Positions 1 through 8,423 of a stretch of DNA of 25,057 nucleotides are shown piece by piece. The stretch spans positions 1-25,057 of the IMG/VR virus record IMGVR_UViG_3300044709_000135; one strand, 5' to 3'. Made by a program: the position numbers and the translations under genes. The stretch is from a virus. Lineage: Duplodnaviria; Caudoviricetes. Below the pieces are notes generated by a model. That model was not told where the DNA came from and did not search any database. It worked only from the letters and a program-made list of their open reading frames with translations. How positions within the stretch are numbered: position 1 is the first letter of the stretch; every line of letters begins with the position of its first letter.

Positions 1-1
1 C

Positions 2-322
2 GTCCCCCTCACGGACATCGTCGAAGCCTGGACCGGCGCGTTGCCGTTCACCTTGAAGGCGGACGGCACGCCCGTCGATCTGACCGGCCTCGTCGTCTCG
101 ATCGTGCTGAAGGACGCCGCGGGCACCGTCATTCGAGACACCACCAGCGGGGTCACCGTGACGAACGCGACCGGCGGGCAACTGGACTACGGTCCGTCCA
201 GCAGCGACTTCACCGTGAGCGGGACGCCGTACCGCGTACGGTTTCAGGTGAAGGACGCGCAGCAGAAGATCGTCTATTTTCCGAACGGTGATGAGGGGCT
301 CATCAACGTGAGGCCGCGATGA
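2..322 (+). CDS. Virion-associated beta-rich protein (BppU N-terminal-like), probably truncated at the window edge
   Basis: The frame is open from position 2 (VPLTDIVEAWTGALPFTLKADGTPVDLTG...). Its stop overlaps the next start (ATGA at 319-322). Confidence 0.55.
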   Translation, partial: VPLTDIVEAWTGALPFTLKADGTPVDLTGLVVSIVLKDAAGTVIRDTTSGVTVTNATGGQLDYGPSSSDFTVSGTPYRVRFQVKDAQQKIVYFPNGDEGLINVRPR

Positions 323-924
323 GCGAGTACGAGCTCGGCGCCCTCGTCGTCGTCACGCCCTCCACCGCGGAGCCGATTACGCGGTCCGAGGTGAAGCTGT
401 GGCTGAAAGTCGAGGAAGACGAGACGGCCGATGACGGACTGATCGATGGTCTCATCACGATGGCGCGCCAGCGCTTCGAAGAACGCCGGCGTCGGTCACT
501 GTTGAAACAGACGTTCGATTACGCGCTCGACGAGACGCCGTGCGCCGAGATTGTGCTGCCGCGATCGCCGCTCATCAGCGTGACGTCGATCAAAGGCTTC
601 TCGTCGACGGATCTGACCGACACGGGCGGCACGGCGATGAGTACCTCCGGCTTTTACGTGGATACCGCGCATGTCCCCGGACGCGTCGTGCCGACCGGGT
701 CGTTCTCGTATCCGTCGGCGACGCGCACGATCAACGCCGTGATCGTCCGCTTCACGGCGGGCTACAGCACGTCGAGCACTGGCGTCCCGGAGGCAGCCAA
801 GGTGGAGTTGAAGCAACTCGTCGCCGGGCTCTACGAGCATCGCGGCGACAGCGCGGCGATGGCCGACGTGCTCGATCGGTTCGACCAGGAGCCGAGCGAC
901 TTTGATTTGCCGGACTGGGGCTAG
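319..924 (+). CDS. Head-tail connector (HK97 gp6 / phiE125 gp8-like)
   Basis: EPITRSEVKLWLKVE...DDGLIDGLITMAR, LPRSPL, RFTAGY...VPEAAK...LYEHR motifs. First gene of the neck cluster. Confidence 0.9.
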   Translation: MSEYELGALVVVTPSTAEPITRSEVKLWLKVEEDETADDGLIDGLITMARQRFEERRRRSLLKQTFDYALDETPCAEIVLPRSPLISVTSIKGFSSTDLTDTGGTAMSTSGFYVDTAHVPGRVVPTGSFSYPSATRTINAVIVRFTAGYSTSSTGVPEAAKVELKQLVAGLYEHRGDSAAMADVLDRFDQEPSDFDLPDWG

Positions 925-1272
925 ATGCCGTACCAGCGAACACCGACGCCGATTGGGTCGCGCCGCGAGCTCGTGCGGCTGCAGCGGCCGTCGACGTCGG
1001 ATGACGGCATGGGCGGCCAAGGGCCTGGCGCCTGGACTGACGTCGCGCAGCCGTGGGCCAACGTGACACCGCTCGATGATCGCAGCCGCGAAATGCTCGC
1101 GGCGAATCAGATCACGGCGCTGCACGCGTACCACGTCGATATCCGCTATCGGACCGGCGTGCGGCCGACGATGCGGCTGCTGTGGCGCGACAAGACGTTG
1201 CAGATTCAGTCGCTCGCGGACGACGACCAGCGCCGGCGCCGATTGATTCTGCTCTGCACGGAGGTCCAGTAA
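925..1272 (+). CDS. Head closure / head-tail adaptor (SPP1 gp16-like)
   Basis: IGSRRELVRLQRP...DGMGG...W...WANV...IRYR..V.PTMR...L.C.E pattern; position after the connector. Confidence 0.9.
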   Translation: MPYQRTPTPIGSRRELVRLQRPSTSDDGMGGQGPGAWTDVAQPWANVTPLDDRSREMLAANQITALHAYHVDIRYRTGVRPTMRLLWRDKTLQIQSLADDDQRRRRLILLCTEVQ

Positions 1273-1275
1273 ACG

Positions 1276-1701
1276 ATGCCGACGAGACGGTCTTCAGTCG
1301 AAGCGGTGTTGACGGCGATCGTCAGCGCGCTGAAGTCGAGCACCGGCGTGACCGGCGTGGCGACGGGCGGCATCTACAACAACGTGCCGCAGAACACGCC
1401 GTATCCGTACGTCGTCGTGACCTCGCCGACGGGTCGGCCGTCCGACACGTTGGGCAGCCTGGGGAGTTCGGTGCTCGTGGATCTACGCGCCGTCAGTCAA
1501 TACGCCGGCGACAAGGAAGCGGCGCAGATCATCGACCAGTGTCAGCGGGCGATCAACTTTCAGAAGCCGGCGGTAAGTGGCCATCGGATCTGTGCGCTGA
1601 ATCTCGAGAGCGAGGAGCGCTACCAGGAGTTGGTCAACGCGATTCCGACGCGGCACCACGTCGCGACGTTTCGCGTCTGGACGGAGCAGAGCTCGTCATG
1701 A
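1276..1701 (+). CDS. Tail terminator / completion protein (DUF3168-like)
   Basis: IYNNVPQNTPYPYVVV motif, HHVATFRVW C-terminus, synteny. Confidence 0.85.
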   Translation: MPTRRSSVEAVLTAIVSALKSSTGVTGVATGGIYNNVPQNTPYPYVVVTSPTGRPSDTLGSLGSSVLVDLRAVSQYAGDKEAAQIIDQCQRAINFQKPAVSGHRICALNLESEERYQELVNAIPTRHHVATFRVWTEQSSS

Positions 1702-1904
1702 CGGACGAACAGTTCGTGGCGATCGCCGGCTTGCTGACCGCGATCCGCGATGCGCTCGTGCCGGCGCCCGAGCCGCCGGCGACGGATCCGCCGACGTGTG
1801 CGCATCCGGAAGAGGCGCGCGTGTCGTTCGCGACGCTGCGCGATCCGCAGCACTGGCTGTGCCGGTTGTGCCGGCACGAGAACCGCGGCGTGCCCGTGGT
1901 GTAA
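1698..1904 (+). CDS. Small putative zinc-finger protein (68 aa)
   Basis: The ATG at 1698 overlaps the upstream stop (ATGA). The protein has C-x-H...CRLC, ending CRLCRHEN. It is the real 3' part of the listed 1182..1904 ORF. Confidence 0.7.
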   Translation: MTDEQFVAIAGLLTAIRDALVPAPEPPATDPPTCAHPEEARVSFATLRDPQHWLCRLCRHENRGVPVV

Positions 1905-1921
1905 GGATTCACGCGATCGCA

Positions 1922-2009
1922 GAGGCCCTGAGAGGCCGTTCACTTTTGTTTCGAGGCCCCGTCACGCGCGAAGAGGCCCTAACGCGCAGTGCCGGGGCCT
2001 TTTGTTTGT
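1922..2009 (+). promoter_or_regulatory. GAGGCC-repeat structured leader, copy 1 (upstream of the tail tube gene)
   Basis: GAGGCC at 1922, 1932, 1953 and 1973. Hairpin AGGCCCCG(1954-61)/CGGGGCCT(1993-2000) with inner GCGCG/CGCGC and loop AAGAGGCCCTAA, followed by TTTGTTTGT. Confidence 0.7.
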
Positions 2010-2031
2010 GCCCCGAGGGGAGATCTGACCG

Positions 2032-2478
2032 ATGCCGACTGGAAAACATACCTTCGAACAGGCGCTGATCACGCTGAACGGCGTCGACGTCACGCAGGAC
2101 GTCAATCAGGCCGAATTGCTGATCGGTCGCCGCAGTCCCGTGGATGTCACGGGCCTCGCCGACTCGTACGAGCAATTCATCGCGCCCAACATCCGGCGTT
2201 GGGGCGTGAAGCTCAATTACTTTCAGAACTTCTCCTCGAGCGGCATCTACCAGACGCTCAAGACGATGCTGCAGAGCTCGTCGGGGTCGACCGGGTTCGC
2301 GTTCCTGCTGCGCACGTACTCGACGGAGGCGCGGAGTTCCTCGAATCCCGAATGGACCGGCAGCGTCGGAATCGACGGCGACTTCCAGCTCGTCGCCGGC
2401 AGCGAAGGCGAGGCCAACAAAGGATCCGTGTCGCTCAAGGGGATGAGCACGCTGACGTTTCTGACCAGCTCGTCGTAA
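2032..2478 (+). CDS. Major tail (tube) protein
   Basis: 148 aa beta-rich protein with VDVTGL.D.Y..FIA and SNPEWTG motifs. It precedes the chaperone and tape measure genes and has a GAGGGGAG RBS. Confidence 0.85.
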   Translation: MPTGKHTFEQALITLNGVDVTQDVNQAELLIGRRSPVDVTGLADSYEQFIAPNIRRWGVKLNYFQNFSSSGIYQTLKTMLQSSSGSTGFAFLLRTYSTEARSSSNPEWTGSVGIDGDFQLVAGSEGEANKGSVSLKGMSTLTFLTSSS

Positions 2479-2483
2479 CCCGA

Positions 2484-2510
2484 AGGGCCGGCGGATCGCC
2501 GGCCCTCTTG
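2484..2510 (+). terminator. GC-rich hairpin after the tail tube gene (weak terminator or mRNA stabiliser)
   Basis: AGGGCCGGCG-GAT-CGCCGGCCCT, a perfect 10-bp stem. The tail is only CTTG, so termination would be leaky. Confidence 0.55.
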
Positions 2511-2522
2511 TGAAAGGACCGT

Positions 2523-2918
2523 ATGGCTCTCTCTCGTGAAGCGTTACTCGGCGCCGTCGACGTGCCGACGAAGACCGTCGATATTCCGGAGCTCGGCGAC
2601 AGCGTCATCGTGCGCGGCATGACCGGGCGCGAACGCACGATCTTCGAAAAGAAGTTCGTCACCGAGCGCCACGGCAAAACGAAGCGCAACTTCGATGCGT
2701 ACCGGGAGCAGATCTGCATCTTCTGCTGCGTCGAGCCGCGGTTGACCGAGGCGGATCTCGAACGCCTGTCACTCGTCCGCGCCGATGTGATCGACCGCAT
2801 CGCGACCGAAGCGATGAAGCTGTCCGGCATCACGGAAAAGGACGTTGACGAATTGGGGCAGAGTTCCGCGCCGACGACAGCTTCCTCTTCCACGTCTTCA
2901 GTCTCGCCCACGAACTGA
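2523..2918 (+). CDS. Tail assembly chaperone (gpG-like)
   Basis: LSREALL...VDIPELG..V.VRGMTGRER motif; lies between the tube and tape measure genes. Confidence 0.85.
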   Translation: MALSREALLGAVDVPTKTVDIPELGDSVIVRGMTGRERTIFEKKFVTERHGKTKRNFDAYREQICIFCCVEPRLTEADLERLSLVRADVIDRIATEAMKLSGITEKDVDELGQSSAPTTASSSTSSVSPTN

Positions 2919-3058
2919 AGATGACGGCGGGGCAGCTGCTGCGCGACACCACGTCGATGGAGCTCACGATGTGGTTCGCGTATTTCGAGGCGCGGGAATG
3001 GCGGCGGGAACGCGAGGACAAAGAACGCGAGATAGAACGTCGGATTCTCGGGGAGTAA
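2849..3058 (+). CDS. gpT-like C-terminal extension of the tail chaperone (-1 frame)
   Basis: The -1 frame is open from after TGA 2846-48 to TAA 3056-58: ...FLFHVFSLAHELKMTAGQLLRDTTSMELTMWFAYFEAREW..., a typical gpT pattern. It is not in the ORF track. Confidence 0.75.
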   Translation, partial: RIGAEFRADDSFLFHVFSLAHELKMTAGQLLRDTTSMELTMWFAYFEAREWRREREDKEREIERRILGE

Positions 3059-3062
3059 TCAC

Positions 3063-3461
3063 GTGGCTGACGCCGGCGTCACGATGACGGGCTTGAAGGA
3101 CATGCGGGCGGCCGTTCAGCAACTGCCGAAGGCCGTGACGGAACGCCTACGCGCGGTCGCGTGGCGCAAGGCCCGTGACGTGCGTGCCGGCGCCATGGAC
3201 CGATTGCGTGCGAAGACGCATGGCACAGGCAAAACTGCGAGTTCGATCGTGGTCATCGAGGAAACGGAGCACAAGCGGTTCGTCGTCGCCGTCCGCGGCG
3301 ATCCATCGCACCCGGCGAACCTGCCGCTCTGGCTCGAGAAGGGCACTGTGACGATGACGGCGCGTCCGTACATGCTGCCGGCACTGGAAGCCGTTTCGGA
3401 TAGCTATGTCAAAGAGTCCGAGGCGGCCGCCGTTGACGCCGCGCGCGAGGCGTTGACGTAG
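3063..3461 (+). CDS. HK97 gp10-like neck/tail component
   Basis: MTGLKDM..., TGKTASSI, LEKGTVTMTARPYMLPALE match the E.GT..M.ARP..RPA pattern of the gp10 family. Confidence 0.85.
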   Translation: MADAGVTMTGLKDMRAAVQQLPKAVTERLRAVAWRKARDVRAGAMDRLRAKTHGTGKTASSIVVIEETEHKRFVVAVRGDPSHPANLPLWLEKGTVTMTARPYMLPALEAVSDSYVKESEAAAVDAAREALT

Positions 3462-6400
3462 ATGGCAACCATCAACGCGATGATTCGGTGGGCCGACAAC
3501 ACCGACGAGTTGAAGCGCAATCTCGCCGAGGGCCTCGACCAGGTGGAAGCGCTGCGCGCCGGCGCCGACCGCATGGTGAAGTCGCTGGGCGGCGAGAAGC
3601 TCCTCCAGTCAGCGAATAACCTCACGGCGGCCGTCGACAAAATCGGCGGCGCCGCGAAGCTCACCGAGGCCGAACAGGCGCGCGTCAACGCCACCCTCAC
3701 GAAAGCCATCGACAAATACGAGGCGCTCGGGAAAACCGCGCCGCCGGCGATGCTAGCGCTCCAGAAAGCGACCGAGCAGCATCCATCGCTGCTCAATCGC
3801 ATCACGACTGCCCTCGGCCCGCTCGGCACGGCGATGGCGGCGGCCTTTTCGGTCACCGCTGTCATTGCCGCCGGGAAGAAAGTGATCGACTTCGCCAGTC
3901 ACCTCACTGACCTCTCACAGAAGACTGGCATCAGCACGACCGGTCTGCAGAAGCTGGACCTCGCGTTCGAGCAAAACGGCATCAGCCTCGATACCGTGAC
4001 GACGGCGACAACGAAGCTCGCGAAGAATCTCGTCGATGGTGACAAGTCCGCAGTGGGTGCGCTCACAAAGCTCGGCCTGTCAGTTGGCGAGCTGAAACAG
4101 ATGGCACCGGAAGATCAGTTCGTGAAGGTCGCCGACGCGGTCGGCAGAATTCAGAACCCCACCGAGAAGGCCTACGCGGCGATGGCGATTTTCGGCAAGG
4201 GCGGCGCCGAGTTGCTCGCTGGTCTCGATGGTCACCTGAAAGAGACGACCGACAAATTCGAAGCGATGGGTCTGATCATCGACGAGAAGACAATCAAAGC
4301 GGCAGACGACTTCGGCGATCAGTTGGGACTGATGGGAAAGCAACTGCTCGGCATCGTCGCAACCGTCGTCGGTCCGCTCCTTCCGGCGCTCAGCGGATTG
4401 GGCAGCGTGCTGATGTGGCTCGGGCAGAACGTTATTGGTCCGGTTTTCACGTACTCAATCAAGGCAGCGCTGACCGTCATCGAAATGTTTTGGGCCGGGC
4501 TCGCGACGCTGCTCGCACACCTCGCGGACCTGGCGCAGAAGATTCCGATCGTCGGCAGTCATCTCGGCGCACTCACGAAAGCCAGCGATTGGCTAAAGGA
4601 TAGCGCCGCGCTCACGACGAAGCACGTCGATTCGCTATGGCGCGCTACTGATACTGTCGGCCAGAGCGCGAAGAAGGCGACACCGCACTTGATCGGCCTG
4701 GGCGAGCTGCCGGATGGTCCGCTGAAGTCGCTGCTGCATAACCTCGAAGAAATGGTCACGAAGCTCACGCCGCTGCCGGGCCATTTTGTGCTGGTGAGCA
4801 CGCAGGTCCACACCTTCGGCGACGAAGCGGCGAAGCTCGTTCAACAGGCAGACGCGATGGGCGTCAAGGTGCCTGAAGCCGTCCGCAAGATCGCCGCGGC
4901 GTGGAACGCTGCGGAGATCAACAAACTGATGAATACAGCGACGGCCAAGTGGCTAAAGGACCTTGACGAGTTCGCGCAGAAGGGCGGCGAGAAGCTCGAG
5001 GCGGCGGCCAAAAACATGGCCGACGCGATTATCAAGAATGACGACCTCATGCGGACGTCGCGCCGCGACACGTCCCAACTCGTGCAGCAGTACGCGTTGA
5101 GCGATTTTGAATTCCAGATCGCGCAACTGCTTCGCTGGCGCGAAGAACAGAAGAAGGCCGTCGATCGGCATGCGGCCAATTCGCGCGAGACGTTTGCCGC
5201 GATCGACGACGATTTCGCCGCCAAGATGGCACTCATGGTGCGCACGCACAACGACGCGCTCGCCGAGATGGAAGCCAAAGAACACAGCTGGCGGAACATC
5301 CTGATCGGGACCTTCGCGGATATTCCGAACTTGTTGAAATCGGCGTTCACAGGCGGCGGTGGGCTGAGCGGTGCGCTCAGTGCGCTCGTTAGCGGCCTCG
5401 GCGGAAATATCGGCGGCAAACTCTTCGAGGCCGGTGGTGCGCTGAATGGGATCGGCAACACGCTCACGGGTGGGATGTCGAAGATCTTTGGCAGTTCGAT
5501 CGGCACCGCATTCGGGCTCGCGCTACCCGGCATTGGTTCGGCCGTCGGCGCGCTTGCTCCAGTGATCCTGTCTGGTTTCAAAAAACTGTTTGGATTCGGC
5601 CCGTCCGAGCTCGACAAGACGCACAAGGCGCTCAACGACTTTATCAACGGCGCCGGCGGACTTGCGACGCTGCAGCAGAAAGCTGCGGAGGCCGGGCTCA
5701 GTCTCAACGCCCTCTACGCCGCGCGCGATCAGAAAGCCTTGAAGAGCGCCATCGATGCATTCAACCAGGGGCTCGAACGTCACAAGCAGCTGCTCGCCGA
5801 CATCGCGACCGGTATCGATGGCGTCCTTTCGGCCGCGCAGGGGCTGGGCGGCAGCGTCCCGTCCGCGCTGAAGCCGATGATCGAGTCGCTCCTGCAGTCG
5901 AAGAATCTCACCGAGGAGCAACGGAAGGCGCTCAGCGATCTCGCGAACCGCGGTCCTGACTACGACAAGTTGACCGAGGCCGCGAAGAAGTACGGCCTCT
6001 CGCTCGCCGACCTGGGACCGAAATTTCAGCAGGCGGCGCTCGACAAGTTGTCGTTCGAATACGCCGACGATTTCCGGCAACTCGTCGACGCCGGCGCGAA
6101 CGCCGACAACGTGATCAAGGGCATGGCGCCGAAGATCCAGAAGTTGATCGATACGTCGGTGGAGTTCGGCGGCACCGTGCCGGAGAGCATGCGACCGCTG
6201 CTGCAGAAAATGGTCGATCTCGGCTTGTTGGTCGACACGAACGGTAAGAAGTTCGACGACCTCAGTTCGTTCAACTTCAACGACAGCAAGTCACCGCTCG
6301 ACATCGCGACCGACAAGCTGGTCAAAGCGATCGAGCACCTCGGCGAGATCCTCGCGGGTCTGCCAGGCGTCGCGCAGAATGCGGCCGGCGGGATCGCTGG

Positions 6401-6815
6401 CGCGCTCAATTCGATTCCCAGCGAGAAACACGTCACCGTCTATATCGACGAAGTCGGGAGAGGCACCGACTACGCCGCCCGCGGCGGGCTCGTGACGGGC
6501 TCCGGGATTCAGTACCTGGGCGGCGGCGGCACGGTGCTGCCATTCGTACCGCGTGGCAGCGACGTCGTGCCGGCGATGCTCACGCCGGGTGAAGGCGTCG
6601 TGAACACCACGGGCATGGGAATCCTTGGCCGCGGCGGCCTGCGCGCGCTGAATAGCGGTGGCCAGGTCGTCGACATGTCGGAAATCAAGGCGATGCGCAA
6701 AGCCGTCGAACGCCTCGAGGCGCGGATGACCGACGACAGCCGTCGGCAAGCCGAACGCCTCGGGCTCGCATTAAGCAACGCCTTGATTCGTGCGAAGGCG
6801 AGCGGTGGACGATGA
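3462..6815 (+). CDS. Tail tape measure protein (1117 aa)
   Basis: Long Ala/Leu-rich helical protein with LSQKTG.ST..LQ, A.AIFGK.GAELL and a C-terminal ARGG...GSDVVPAMLTPGE.V motif. Confidence 0.95.
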   Translation: MATINAMIRWADNTDELKRNLAEGLDQVEALRAGADRMVKSLGGEKLLQSANNLTAAVDKIGGAAKLTEAEQARVNATLTKAIDKYEALGKTAPPAMLALQKATEQHPSLLNRITTALGPLGTAMAAAFSVTAVIAAGKKVIDFASHLTDLSQKTGISTTGLQKLDLAFEQNGISLDTVTTATTKLAKNLVDGDKSAVGALTKLGLSVGELKQMAPEDQFVKVADAVGRIQNPTEKAYAAMAIFGKGGAELLAGLDGHLKETTDKFEAMGLIIDEKTIKAADDFGDQLGLMGKQLLGIVATVVGPLLPALSGLGSVLMWLGQNVIGPVFTYSIKAALTVIEMFWAGLATLLAHLADLAQKIPIVGSHLGALTKASDWLKDSAALTTKHVDSLWRATDTVGQSAKKATPHLIGLGELPDGPLKSLLHNLEEMVTKLTPLPGHFVLVSTQVHTFGDEAAKLVQQADAMGVKVPEAVRKIAAAWNAAEINKLMNTATAKWLKDLDEFAQKGGEKLEAAAKNMADAIIKNDDLMRTSRRDTSQLVQQYALSDFEFQIAQLLRWREEQKKAVDRHAANSRETFAAIDDDFAAKMALMVRTHNDALAEMEAKEHSWRNILIGTFADIPNLLKSAFTGGGGLSGALSALVSGLGGNIGGKLFEAGGALNGIGNTLTGGMSKIFGSSIGTAFGLALPGIGSAVGALAPVILSGFKKLFGFGPSELDKTHKALNDFINGAGGLATLQQKAAEAGLSLNALYAARDQKALKSAIDAFNQGLERHKQLLADIATGIDGVLSAAQGLGGSVPSALKPMIESLLQSKNLTEEQRKALSDLANRGPDYDKLTEAAKKYGLSLADLGPKFQQAALDKLSFEYADDFRQLVDAGANADNVIKGMAPKIQKLIDTSVEFGGTVPESMRPLLQKMVDLGLLVDTNGKKFDDLSSFNFNDSKSPLDIATDKLVKAIEHLGEILAGLPGVAQNAAGGIAGALNSIPSEKHVTVYIDEVGRGTDYAARGGLVTGSGIQYLGGGGTVLPFVPRGSDVVPAMLTPGEGVVNTTGMGILGRGGLRALNSGGQVVDMSEIKAMRKAVERLEARMTDDSRRQAERLGLALSNALIRAKASGGR

Positions 6816-8341
6816 GCGTGGCGGCCTCAGTCCGAATTGACGCGCAGTTCAGTCCCGGGGTGTGGACCGACTTCGGCACCGATGTGATCGCGGACGCGGG
6901 GGTGCGATGGCGCCGTGGCCTGGCTAGCAATACGCCGCACGACCGCGTGGCACAACCCGGCACGCTCGAATTTTCCCTGCGGAACGACAAAGGCAATCTT
7001 GGAGGAACGGCCGGATGGTACTCGCCGAACCACGCGAGCTGCCGCACCGGGTTTACGTTCGGCATTCCGGTGCGCGTGGTCGCGAACGACGGCAGCGGCG
7101 ACAAGGTGCTGTGGCGCGGCCGACTCCGCACCATTGACCCGACGCCGGGGAAAGAGCTGACGCCTCGGACGATCTGCACGGCCCACGACGTCATCGGCGA
7201 CCTCGTCGAAGCCGACGTGCGATCGATTGCGCCGCAGGTCAGCCAGACCGAGGTGCAGCTGCTGCAGGCGGTGATTGCCGCCTTGCCGACTGACGCGCAA
7301 CCGCCGGCGACGAGCTACGACACGGCGGTCGACACCTACCCGTACGCGTTCGACGACATCGGCGGCGGCGTGAAGGCGATCGAGGCGCTCACGCGCGTGA
7401 CGGTCAGCGCACAAGGCCTCTTGTACGCGAAGGGCGATGGCACGCTGCGCTACGACAATCGACACTCGCTGACCCTCCGGACGAGCAGCGCCACGATTAC
7501 GGAAGCCTCGATCCTGGCGGATCGCGGCCTGGTCGTCCCGAGCACGCTCACCAACATCTTCAACCGCGTGCGGGTGACGATTCATCCGAAGACGCCGGCG
7601 GCGGCGACGGTGTTGTTCGCCTTGACGGGCGCCCAGTCGGTCGCGCCGGGACAGTCGGTCACGATCTGGGGTGACTATGCCGACCCGACCAATTCGCTGA
7701 AGTTGATCGGCGGCACGAGCTTCACGACGCCGATCGTCGCGACGACCGACTATCTCGGGAACGGCCAGGCGGATGGGAGCGGCGCGAATCTGACGTCGTC
7801 GCTCAGCATCGTCACCTCGGCGTTCGCCGCCTCGGTGAAGTTTGTCGTGACGAACACGTCGACAACCCAGACGGTGTGGATCACGAAACTCCAGCTGCGC
7901 GGGACCGCCATTTACGACAACGCGCCGCAGACGTTTGAATCGTTCACGGCGCAGACCTACGGCGATCGGCCGCTCGACGTCGATCTCACGTACCAGAACG
8001 ACGGACTCGTCGCGCAGGATCTCGCCGATTATTTGAAGGCGCAGTACTTGAACCTCGGCGATCAGATCGACGAGTACGCCTTCGATCCGCAGGTGTCGAG
8101 CACGCTGATGACGCAGGCGTTGACGCGCGAGATCGGCGACGTCATCACGCTCTCCGAAACGATCACGGGGCTGTCGAGCGTGCCGGCGATGATCATCGGC
8201 ATCGAAGGCTCCGCCGCGGCCGGCTCGTGGCTGCGCCACCGGTTCTACTTGGCGCCGAAAACGGTCGGGTCGGTGTTCGTGTTCGACGATGCCGTCCTCG
8301 GCGTCTTCGATGCCGCTGATGCGCGGTTCGGGTACGCCTGA
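6812..8341 (+). CDS. Minor tail / tail-tip hub protein
   Basis: Coupled to the TMP (ATGA overlap). Beta-rich, with GLLY..GDG.LRY..R, IFNRVRV and EIGDVITL motifs as in tail-tip proteins. Confidence 0.8.
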   Translation: MSVAASVRIDAQFSPGVWTDFGTDVIADAGVRWRRGLASNTPHDRVAQPGTLEFSLRNDKGNLGGTAGWYSPNHASCRTGFTFGIPVRVVANDGSGDKVLWRGRLRTIDPTPGKELTPRTICTAHDVIGDLVEADVRSIAPQVSQTEVQLLQAVIAALPTDAQPPATSYDTAVDTYPYAFDDIGGGVKAIEALTRVTVSAQGLLYAKGDGTLRYDNRHSLTLRTSSATITEASILADRGLVVPSTLTNIFNRVRVTIHPKTPAAATVLFALTGAQSVAPGQSVTIWGDYADPTNSLKLIGGTSFTTPIVATTDYLGNGQADGSGANLTSSLSIVTSAFAASVKFVVTNTSTTQTVWITKLQLRGTAIYDNAPQTFESFTAQTYGDRPLDVDLTYQNDGLVAQDLADYLKAQYLNLGDQIDEYAFDPQVSSTLMTQALTREIGDVITLSETITGLSSVPAMIIGIEGSAAAGSWLRHRFYLAPKTVGSVFVFDDAVLGVFDAADARFGYA

Positions 8342-8346
8342 GCCCT

Positions 8347-8423
8347 GAGGCCCCGCGAGGCCGACACATTCCTGAGAGGCCCTTCGCTGCGCATGAGGCC
8401 CTGAAGCGCAGAGCACGAGGGCC
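8347..8423 (+). promoter_or_regulatory. GAGGCC-repeat structured leader, copy 2
   Basis: GAGGCC at 8347, 8357, 8376 and 8395. Hairpin GGCCCT(8378-83)/AGGGCC(8418-23) with inner CTGCGC/GCGCAG and loop ATGAGGCCCTGAA. It ends at the GTG start at 8424. Confidence 0.7.

Noticed and set aside
1922-2000. GAGGCC repeats as a mini-CRISPR or lambda boxB
   Set aside because: The repeats are only 6-7 nt with 3-15 nt gaps and there are no cas genes. GCCCTGA resembles the start of boxB, but the closing AGGGC of a short boxB hairpin is missing.
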